A stretch of DNA of 64,000 nucleotides from Methyloceanibacter sp. (GTDB taxonomy: Bacteria; Pseudomonadota; Alphaproteobacteria; Rhizobiales; Methyloligellaceae), in assembly GCA_035528655.1 (NCBI GenBank), contig DATKYG010000017.1, positions 60,367 to 124,366 on the forward strand. The letters run 5' to 3'. The position numbers and the translations under genes are program-made. The notes below the pieces were generated by a model. The model worked only from the letters and a program-made list of their open reading frames with translations. It was not told the origin of the DNA and searched no databases. Numbering within the stretch: the first letter of the stretch is position 1; every line of letters begins with the position of its first letter. Positions 33,256-41,033 of the stretch are shown here, piece after piece.

Positions 33256-33794
33256 CCTTATCCGGGCCGGCCGGCAAAGGGACATGCCAAGACCGCTCGC
33301 CGGGCACGCCCGCGAGACGTTGATGAGCCCCCGAGAGGGGGATGGCGCGCCGAGAAGCGCAGTCCGTATGGTGTCCGCGATCCTTTTTGAGAATCGCGGC
33401 GGGCGCCTCGCGGCGCGCCACATGTGCTCAAGTAGCGAAGCGGTAGCGCATAAAAGAGCACGCCACGCTGCGCTAAGCGCATGCTATTTGCAGCGTCCAT
33501 ACGGCGTCGGGCCCCGCTTTGCCTTGTCCGTCGAGTTTCGGCGCGAAGGCCGTGAGCGCAACAAACGCGCTCAAGGTGGCCGAAGGCCGGTAGCGCAAAG
33601 AACAAGTCTCAGCCAGCTCCTGGCGGGGACTCCTAGTGGTCCCGGGGGGAGCTCCGATGCCGCCCGAGTGTCTTGTTGCGACAAGACCCGCGAGCGCCGC
33701 ACCTCGTCCCGCCGTCACAACGCCTCGCGAAAGCGCCCCCTCAAACGGACGAGGTGGGAGGAGTTTAAGACAGGTTTTGGGGGCGGGGATAAGG
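33256..33794 (+). ncRNA. Unclassified large structured non-coding element (candidate ncRNA or non-autonomous mobile repeat)
   Basis: No credible ORF; more than 10 nested stems, closing CCTTATCC/GGATAAGG pairing, GAGA and GAAA tetraloops on the + strand, pseudoknot-type CCGTATGG/CCATACGG. Confidence 0.5.
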
Positions 33795-33807
33795 TTTTGT
33801 CGTAGTC

Positions 33808-33838
33808 GTAGGATGGGTTGAGCGAAGCGAAACCCATC
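33808..33838 (+). repeat. GTAG-type REP sequence
   Basis: GTAGGATGGGTTGAGCGAAGCGAAACCCATC: GTAG foot plus imperfect palindrome. Confidence 0.9.
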
Positions 33839-33866
33839 GCCTCCACAGCTTGCTATGTTCGCGTCC

Positions 33867-34402
33867 ATGACGAGATACCGACGCAACTTCGTTCCAGGCG
33901 GCAGCTGCCTCTTCACCGTCAACTTGCGGAGCGCCGGTTGCAGCTGCTCACCGAACACATCGACCTGCTCCGCAACTCATTCAGGGGTACGCGGGCACGC
34001 CATCCGTTTTCAATCGAAGCCATTGTTGTACTTCCCGATCATCTCCATGCCATCTGGACATTGCCTGAGGGAGATGCCGACTTCGCCGTCCGCTGGCGGC
34101 TGATCAAGTCAAGCTTTTCGCGCGGGCTGCCAGCCGGCGAACGGGTGTCGGCCAGCCGCGCCGCGAAGGGCGAACGGGGAATTTGGCAGCGGCGCTATTG
34201 GGAGCAAACCTTGCGCGACGAGCACGACTTCGCGCGGCACATGGATTACATTCATTTCAACCCGGCGAAACATGGCCATGTGACACGCGTCAGGGGTTGG
34301 CCGTACTCGTCGTTCCACCGCATGGTGAAGCTTGGCGTCTATCCCAACGATTGGGGCGGCGATGCCGCCGATCCGGAGGGCGGCTTCGGGGAGCGCTCGT
34401 AG
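33867..34402 (+). mobile_element. REP-associated tyrosine transposase (RAYT/TnpA-REP), frameshifted
   Basis: MTRYRRNFVPGG..FTVNL then frameshift near 33927; HUH motif PDHLHAI, WQRRYW, DYIHFNP; REP-flanked. Confidence 0.9.
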
Positions 34403-34405
34403 TTC

Positions 34406-34484
34406 GTAGGGTGGGTTGAGCGAAGCGAAACCCACCGTCGCGAATCGATCGTTAATGGGTATCGCCTCGCTCAACCCATCCTAC
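34406..34484. repeat. Inverted REP doublet (REPIN-like)
   Basis: REP at 34406-34436 (+) and inverted copy 34455-34484 ending CCCATCCTAC. Confidence 0.9.
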
Positions 34485-34486
34485 GC

Positions 34487-34615
34487 TTGCTGATCGATGC
34501 CGGGCTCGACGTCGCGGTCGGTGAGAACGCGACGGCGGGCGTGTCCTATACCGGCCAGTTCGGCGACGGCGTCAACGACAACGGCGTCAAAGGTCGCTTC
34601 ACCTGGCTGTTCTGA
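34487..34615 (+). pseudogene. Orphan C-terminal fragment of an autotransporter beta-barrel
   Basis: LLIDAGLDVAVGENATAGVSYTGQFGDGVNDNGVKGRFTWLF*: amphipathic strands, terminal Phe; begins right after the REP. Confidence 0.8.
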
Positions 34616-34806
34616 CGGGCTGGCTGTTCTAGTGGGGAACTCGGACCCGCGTCGCCGCAGGGGTTGGTGCATTTTGCAACAGGGGCACGGCCGTTCTAGT
34701 GTCCGGCCCAACCGTCACAGAAGAAGCCCCCCGTGCCAGGCCCCAATCGGCCAGCTTCATCTTTGTCCCCAGTTGTGAGACGTTCGAAGAACCGAGGAGG
34801 TGCGTC

Positions 34807-35242
34807 ATGGCGATATCGAAGGACGACGTGATTGCGCTGATGAATGCGTTTCACGACACGGTCATGTTCAAGAAGGGGACGGCGGAAGATCAGGCGGCGT
34901 TCTTCCTGCATCCCGAGCCGCGTATCTTTGTCCCGCACGGCGAGGACCTCTCACTCCAGACCAATTATGAAATTCACCAGAAGCTGACCGACGAAAAGCA
35001 CATCGTGCTCGAGCCGTTCGACATCACGCCGTTATGCGACGATCCGGAGCGCGCCCGCGCGGTCGGCGCCGTCTATTGGGAGGGCCACCCTTTGGGATCG
35101 CCCGATAAGGGTCTGATCAAGTGCATTGTCGGCGAGGATTGGATCGTCCGAGCGTAGCCCCTCGGGCGAACTTAAGATCGCGCTATACATCAATTCCTAT
35201 CATCGCGCCCTGCCCGACTCCGCGCCAGTCAACCTGAAGTGA
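34807..35242 (+). pseudogene. Hypothetical protein (possibly NTF2/SnoaL-like), frameshifted near C-terminus
   Basis: GAGGAG SD, ATG 34807; stops at 35157 but continues in the next frame as RSPSGELKIALYINSYHRALPDSAPVNLK*. Confidence 0.6.
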
Positions 35243-35254
35243 TCCCCGGCCCCC

Positions 35255-36166
35255 GTGTTCACCCTCGCCCATCTGTCTGACATTCATTTGAGCCCGATGC
35301 CGCACGCAAAGCGCCGGCATCTCCTGTCCAAGCGCATCCTCGGCTATGTGAATTGGCATCGCGGCCGCAAGCTCGTGCATCGGCGCGAATTCCTCGACGC
35401 GCTCACCCGCGACCTGATCGAGCGCAAGCCCGACCATGTCGCGGTCACCGGCGATCTGGTCAATCTCGGACTGCCCGAGGAGTTCCTGCGCGCCGCCGAC
35501 TGGCTGCATCATCTCGGCAAGCCCGGCGGCGTCACCGTGATTCCCGGCAATCACGACGCCTATGTGCGGCTGCATCCGGACACCAGCATGCGGCATTGGC
35601 ATCCCTATATGGAATCCAACGACGCCGGCGAGGCGCTGTTCGCCACGCCCACGACCGGCTTTCCCTTCGTGCGCCGCATGGGCGACATCGGCATCGTCGC
35701 GCTGTCCTCGGCCATCCCCACCATGCCGTTCGTCGCCGCCGGCAAGCTCGGTACATCCCAGCTTGCCTATTTGGCGAGCGCGCTCGATACGCTTGGCCGC
35801 GAAGGCCTGTTCCGCGTGGTGCTGATCCACCATCCCCCGCTCCCCGGCCAATCGGGCTGGCAGCGCGGCTTGCGCGACGCCAAGAAGCTCCGCGATGTCT
35901 TGAAGGCGCACGGCGCCGAGCTGGTGCTGCACGGACACCGGCACGAGCAGACCGTGCATGAGCTAGAGACCGTGAGCGGACCGGCCATCGTCGTCGGCGT
36001 GCCGTCGGCATCCGAGGCCGTCGAGGGACGCGCGCCCGCCGCCCGCTACAACGAGTACAACATCGAGAAGAATGGAAACGGCTGGCGCGTGGAGATGGTC
36101 GGCCGCGCCGCGGCCAGCGCCGACCAGGTGTGGGAATGCGAGCGGCGCGTGCTTAGGGAACGCTGA
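35255..36166 (+). CDS. Calcineurin-like metallophosphoesterase
   Basis: SDIH, TGDL, PGNHD, HHPP, HGH.H. Confidence 0.93.
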   Translation: MFTLAHLSDIHLSPMPHAKRRHLLSKRILGYVNWHRGRKLVHRREFLDALTRDLIERKPDHVAVTGDLVNLGLPEEFLRAADWLHHLGKPGGVTVIPGNHDAYVRLHPDTSMRHWHPYMESNDAGEALFATPTTGFPFVRRMGDIGIVALSSAIPTMPFVAAGKLGTSQLAYLASALDTLGREGLFRVVLIHHPPLPGQSGWQRGLRDAKKLRDVLKAHGAELVLHGHRHEQTVHELETVSGPAIVVGVPSASEAVEGRAPAARYNEYNIEKNGNGWRVEMVGRAAASADQVWECERRVLRER

Positions 36167-36716
36167 GCCACACGGCAGCGAACAGGCCCGCCACGCCGGT
36201 GAGCAAGCCGACCACGAAAGCGGCGAGCACCACGCCCATGCCGGCGCCGCCCCCTTCCGTGTCCATCACGATCTTCTGGCGCGGCCCCGGCTCCACCAGC
36301 GCGGCTTCGAGCCGCTCCCGGCGTACGATCTCATGGGCCATGTGGCTGGTGATGCGGTCCACCATGTCGACGACAGTGGTCGCGCTGAACAGGGTGCGCC
36401 GCCCGTTCTCGCTGTTGCGGATGAACAGATAAGCGCCCGCGCCGTCGTCGATGGCGACATAGGTGAACAGGTCGATCCACAGCCGCGCCGGGCGGCTCGG
36501 CACCAGCGCCAGGGCGAAGCGGTCGTCATGCTTGGGAATATCGGCGAACACGGTCTCGAGCTCGGCCTTGAGCAATTCGAGCCGGGCGATCTCGCCGTCG
36601 CGCATATCGGCGGTGATATCGAGGCGCTCGGCCTCTTCCAGCCGAGCCTTGCGGATCGCCTCGCGCAGCGAGCGGCTGGCCGCCGGCCGCGCAATCGCTT
36701 TGACGTTGTTTTCCAT
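36153..36716 (-). CDS. Conserved hypothetical protein with C-terminal TM
   Basis: EIARLELL, RLWID motifs typical of a rhizobial family; start taken at ATG 36716. Confidence 0.75.
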   Translation of the reverse strand: MENNVKAIARPAASRSLREAIRKARLEEAERLDITADMRDGEIARLELLKAELETVFADIPKHDDRFALALVPSRPARLWIDLFTYVAIDDGAGAYLFIRNSENGRRTLFSATTVVDMVDRITSHMAHEIVRRERLEAALVEPGPRQKIVMDTEGGGAGMGVVLAAFVVGLLTGVAGLFAAVWLSVP

Positions 36717-36921
36717 CCCCGTAACGCCCCTACACTTTTCCCTCTTGGGCTCAGCATAGCCCGCCAAGCGGCGGAAATGCGACCGAAAATCCGCACCGGA
36801 ATCCGGCCCAAACATGACCTTCGGCGCGGGCTGCCCGGTCTCGGCCAGCCAGGGCGCGTGGATCGTCCGAGGGCCCTCACCCCAGGGCCGTGACGCCGGG
36901 GCGAGCGGAAAAGCGGCGAGC

Positions 36922-38280
36922 TTATTTGGCGGCGAGTACAACGGACGCCCGGGCGTCGTCGAACCATTTATCGATGGCCGTGTCGACGCTGTCCTCTAAG
37001 CCCGACTTCCACGCAACGATGGTGGCGTCGAGCGCTTCCTCGTTGGCCGCGACGAAGCTCTCGCGGTTGATCGCCTCGTTGGCCTCGTTGGCGAGATAGT
37101 CCACGGCCGTGCCGATCAACACGCCGATGGCCGCCCCCACCACCTGGCCGCCCATGGGCTGCACGAAGGTGCCGGCAACGGCGCCGCCCTCCGCATAAGC
37201 GATCCGCGTGCCGAGCGATGTGGCCACGCGCTGCGACAAGCCGGTGAAGCTGCGCGCTAGGACGCCGTTGATCGCGGGACCGAGCGCCAACGCGCCGACC
37301 GTGCCGCCGGCCGCCGCGGTGCCGACACCGACCACGCCGTCGAACGCGCGATCCTCCATGAGATAGACCGGCGCCTTCCATTTCTGCGCGTCCCAGTCGA
37401 GCGCGATATTGGTCATCGACGTGGTCGCCGGGATCTCCTGCATGTGGCTCGTATGCTTGGCCAGGAACAGCTGCAGCCGCATGTCGCCATTGGCGATCAC
37501 CCGCCGGTAGCTGTCATGGGCATGGCGCACCGCCTGCTCCACGCCTTTGGAGATGGTCTCGTCGCGGATCTCCGGCTTCAGCACCTGCTCTTTGTAATTA
37601 CGCAGGAAATACGCCTTCACGTCGGCCTCGATGGCCTCGGTGACGGACTCGTATTTGCCGGTCTCGAAGAAGCGGGTCACCGCCGAGGAGATGGACTCCT
37701 TCAGCACCACATAGGAGCGCTTCCAGGCGAAAAACCAGTCGGCGTAAGCCGCGATGGTCTGCTCGCGATCTTGAAAAGCGAGCGCGAAGCTGCGGTCGAG
37801 ATCCTGGTGCGCCGCCTGCTTGATGCGCGCCCGCTCGTCGTCGAGCATGAGGATGGTGTCGTTGACGAATTCGTCCGCCTCCGACTTGCTGGCCACCACT
37901 TTATGCAGCGTGCCGTCCACATCCTTGACCACGAGGTCGACGGCGTCCGGCGGCAATGTCCGGTCGCCGAAGAAGATGTCGAACATGCTGTTGTCGGGAT
38001 GGACCGCGGCGGTGTGGTCGAGATGGCGGTAATAGCTGCGGTAGAAGGTCGTGCCGAGCGACAGCAGCGCATAAGCGACGAGCACCACGCCAATGGCGAT
38101 GCCGATGGGCCGCAGCAGCATGCCGAGCGCGCTGGGCTTGACGACTTTCTGCCGGAGAGAGCGCGCGCGGCGGCCAGCCTTCACCGGCGTCGCCGAAGGC
38201 GTATCATCGGCGATCTCCGCCACATCGTGTCCTGTTGATGCGACGAGGGCGGTACCCTGCCGTGGCATGTCGTCCAGCAT
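36922..38280 (-). CDS. Hypothetical membrane-anchored helical protein
   Basis: Long ORF with GC3-biased codons, one N-proximal TM, Gly/Ala-rich hydrophobic C-terminal region; start taken at ATG 38280. Confidence 0.75.
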   Translation of the reverse strand: MLDDMPRQGTALVASTGHDVAEIADDTPSATPVKAGRRARSLRQKVVKPSALGMLLRPIGIAIGVVLVAYALLSLGTTFYRSYYRHLDHTAAVHPDNSMFDIFFGDRTLPPDAVDLVVKDVDGTLHKVVASKSEADEFVNDTILMLDDERARIKQAAHQDLDRSFALAFQDREQTIAAYADWFFAWKRSYVVLKESISSAVTRFFETGKYESVTEAIEADVKAYFLRNYKEQVLKPEIRDETISKGVEQAVRHAHDSYRRVIANGDMRLQLFLAKHTSHMQEIPATTSMTNIALDWDAQKWKAPVYLMEDRAFDGVVGVGTAAAGGTVGALALGPAINGVLARSFTGLSQRVATSLGTRIAYAEGGAVAGTFVQPMGGQVVGAAIGVLIGTAVDYLANEANEAINRESFVAANEEALDATIVAWKSGLEDSVDTAIDKWFDDARASVVLAAK

Positions 38281-38422
38281 GTCGTTTGACCTCGGAGCGT
38301 AAAAGTTAACGGCTCCCCCGGCCCCCGCTCGAATATAGGGCCATTTACCAGGCGTTGTAAGGCTTGATGCCCGCGCAAGCCTAACGCACAAGACTAACGC
38401 GCGGGACCCTCGAGAGGTACGC

Positions 38423-39154
38423 TTAAGCCGGCTCGGCCAGGTCGGAAAGCCAGGCAAACAGGCCCGCCCGGTCGGTCCGGTACTGGGCCAGCGTGTCCCC
38501 GTCGTCGATCTTGATGCTGATGCCGCCGCGATCGTTGACCACGGCAAAACCATGCTCGTCGGTGACGTCGTCGCCCATATAGACCGGCACGCGGCCCTTG
38601 AACGGCGCCTCCTCCAAAAACCGGCTGACCGCCACGCCCTTGTCGATGCCGTGCGGCCTGAGCTCGAAGATCATCTTGCCCGGCAGCACCAGCAGATCGT
38701 CGACGTCGGCCACGGCATCGGCCACCGCCTCCTTGCACGTCTCGGCCAGTTCGGGCCGCTGGCGGAAATGCAGCGCCACGGACGCCTGTTTGCGCTCGAG
38801 CAACAGACCGGGATTGGCCTCCACCAGGGGTGAGAGCCGCTCGGCGGCCAGCTCAATGGCGTGGATCGCCCGCACGTCTTCATGCACGCGGCCCGCGGCG
38901 TCGCGCCGGATCGAGCCGTGCTCCGCCGCCGCCGCCAGCTTGAGCGGGGCGAGAAAGCCGTCCACCACGTTGAGCGAACGTCCCGTCACCAACGCGACCG
39001 CATGACCGAATCGTGCGTCGAGCGCGCCGAGCAAGGGGATAATCCCCGGCTCGACCTCGACGAGTTCCGGCCGCGGGGCGATATCCACAAGCGTACCATC
39101 GAAATCGATGAAAAAGGCAGTATTGGCCGAAACGGGCGGCAAAGACTCAGTCAT
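38423..39154 (-). CDS. otsB: Trehalose-6-phosphate phosphatase
   Basis: HAD motifs DFDGTL, TGRS, DKG, GDDVTDE. Confidence 0.95.
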   Translation of the reverse strand: MTESLPPVSANTAFFIDFDGTLVDIAPRPELVEVEPGIIPLLGALDARFGHAVALVTGRSLNVVDGFLAPLKLAAAAEHGSIRRDAAGRVHEDVRAIHAIELAAERLSPLVEANPGLLLERKQASVALHFRQRPELAETCKEAVADAVADVDDLLVLPGKMIFELRPHGIDKGVAVSRFLEEAPFKGRVPVYMGDDVTDEHGFAVVNDRGGISIKIDDGDTLAQYRTDRAGLFAWLSDLAEPA

Positions 39155-39285
39155 TAATCCTCATCGGGCTACACGTTTCTTCCAATGTTACAGTCATGAT
39201 TCCAAGGCTCTATACAATCTGACGCCAAGCCGCACCTGCGGGCCGAGGTCCTGCGATCTGACGTAGATCATTTCCCCGCATGTTA

Positions 39286-39310
39286 GGAACCCATTGTATC
39301 GTTTTCGGTT
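39286..39310 (+). promoter_or_regulatory. Probable sigma-EcfG (general stress) promoter for otsA
   Basis: GGAAC-N16-GGTT upstream of otsA. Confidence 0.55.
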
Positions 39311-39459
39311 TAAACTAAGGGACTTCAAGCGGAGATGAATGGAGACATTGGGGCGTCATCGAAAGAGGCTATGAGACATGACGTCGAGCGTCCAACTCAG
39401 CATACCCGCCAACCGAGTGCCACCTGCCGATGCCACCTGCCAACACCGCGAGGCATGAG

Positions 39460-40881
39460 ATGACAGCCAAGACGCGGCGACTGGTCGTCGTCTCCAATCG
39501 TGTCGCCGACTTCAACGCCAAGTTCCAGACCGGCGGCTTGGCCGTTGCGCTGGGCGATGCGCTTGCGGCATCGCACGGCGTCTGGCTTGGCTGGAGCGGC
39601 GACGTGACCGAGGACGCCGCCAGCATGGCGCCGAAAGTCGAAACCGTCTCGGGCCTCACCGTCGCCACCATCGATCTCACGCCCGAGGAAGCCGAAGGCT
39701 ATTATTACGGCTACGCCAACCGCTGTCTGTGGCCCGCTTTGCATTACCGGCTCGACCTCGCCAAAGGCAACGAGGCCCATAGCGAGATTTATTTCAATGT
39801 CAGCGCCCGGTTCGCCGACGCCCTCATGCCGCTGGTCGGGCCCGACGACCTGATCTGGGTGCATGACTACCATCTGATACCGCTGGCCGAAGAGCTGCGC
39901 GGCCGCGGCTGCACCGCCCGCATCGGCTTCTTCCTGCATACACCCTTCCCCTCGCCCGAGATCTTCGCCGCCGTTCCCGGTCAGAAGCGGCTCGGTAACG
40001 CGCTGATGGTCTACGACGTCGTCGGCTTCCAGACCTGCTCCGACCGCGACAATTTCCGCCGCTACGTGGCCGCCAGTCTCGATGGTGAGCAACTGCGCGG
40101 CGACCGCATCGCCGCCCAAGGCGAAACGACGCTGGCTTCCGTGTTCCCCATCGGCATCGACGCCACGGCCTTCCGCAAGCTCGCCGAGAGCGAAAGCGCC
40201 AAGGGTCCGCTTCTTCCCGATCTCGGCGCCGACATGAAAACGATCATCGGCGTCGACCGGCTCGATTACACCAAAGGTCTGCCCGAACGCTTGCGCGCGT
40301 TTGAGACACTGCTGGAGGAGTTCCCCGAGCATCGCGGCCGCGTCAGGCTCGTGCAGGTCGCCCCGCCCACGCGCGAGACGCTCCCCGTCTACCAGGAGAT
40401 CCGCGAGGAGGTGGAGCGGCTGGTCGGCCGGATCAACGGCCGGTTCGGCGATTTGCGCTGGACGCCGGTCACCTATCTCCATCGCGGCGTGCCGCAAGAC
40501 ATCCTGACCCGCCTCTACCGGGAAAGCGCCGTCGGCTTGGTCACGCCCTTGCGCGACGGCATGAATCTCGTGGCCAAGGAATATGTCGCCGCCCAGGCGC
40601 CCCAAGACCCAGGCGTTCTGGTGCTGTCCCGCTTCGCCGGCGCCGCCGAGCAACTGCGCGAGGCGCTGCTGATCAATCCGCATGACATCAACGAGATGGC
40701 GCGCGCGCTAGACCGCGCCCTGACCATGCCTCGCCAGGAACGCTGGGCCCGCCACAACCGTCTGTGGCAGCGGATCGAGACCTATGACCTGGCCAATTGG
40801 CGCGACAGCTTCATTCAGACCTTCGCCGCCTCGGACTCCGATCCGGTCAACCTGTTTCCCAAGAAATTAGGCGCAGCCTAG
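39460..40881 (+). CDS. otsA: Trehalose-6-phosphate synthase
   Basis: VVSNR, GGLA, WVHDYHL, FFLHTPFP, VDRLDYTKG, RDGMNLVAKE; start 39430 or 39460. Confidence 0.96.
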   Translation: MTAKTRRLVVVSNRVADFNAKFQTGGLAVALGDALAASHGVWLGWSGDVTEDAASMAPKVETVSGLTVATIDLTPEEAEGYYYGYANRCLWPALHYRLDLAKGNEAHSEIYFNVSARFADALMPLVGPDDLIWVHDYHLIPLAEELRGRGCTARIGFFLHTPFPSPEIFAAVPGQKRLGNALMVYDVVGFQTCSDRDNFRRYVAASLDGEQLRGDRIAAQGETTLASVFPIGIDATAFRKLAESESAKGPLLPDLGADMKTIIGVDRLDYTKGLPERLRAFETLLEEFPEHRGRVRLVQVAPPTRETLPVYQEIREEVERLVGRINGRFGDLRWTPVTYLHRGVPQDILTRLYRESAVGLVTPLRDGMNLVAKEYVAAQAPQDPGVLVLSRFAGAAEQLREALLINPHDINEMARALDRALTMPRQERWARHNRLWQRIETYDLANWRDSFIQTFAASDSDPVNLFPKKLGAA

Positions 40882-41033
40882 GCGCCGCTTGCGGACTCGC
40901 AAGGCTATCGTCACCCTGCGGGCCGATGACCCCTGGCCGGGAACCGCCAAGACGCTTACTTTTCGGCGCAACAACGCCTATCAAGGCGGCCTGCGAGACT
41001 TGACCACCCGCCTCCCAGCCATTTCGAGACTCC

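Noticed and set aside
33256-33794. tmRNA, RNase P RNA, group I/II intron or CRISPR array
   Set aside because: No tRNA-like ends, no GAGGAAAGTCC, no domain V, no regularly spaced direct repeats seen
33188-33958. ORFs of 205, 115 and 161 aa over the structured element
   Set aside because: Arg/Ser/Ala-rich, no motifs or codon bias; typical of GC-rich non-coding sequence
33808-34484. CRISPR repeats
   Set aside because: Only three copies, mixed orientation, flanking an HUH transposase: REPs
39258-39271. FNR-like CTGACGTAGATCAT between otsB and otsA
   Set aside because: Three mismatches to consensus
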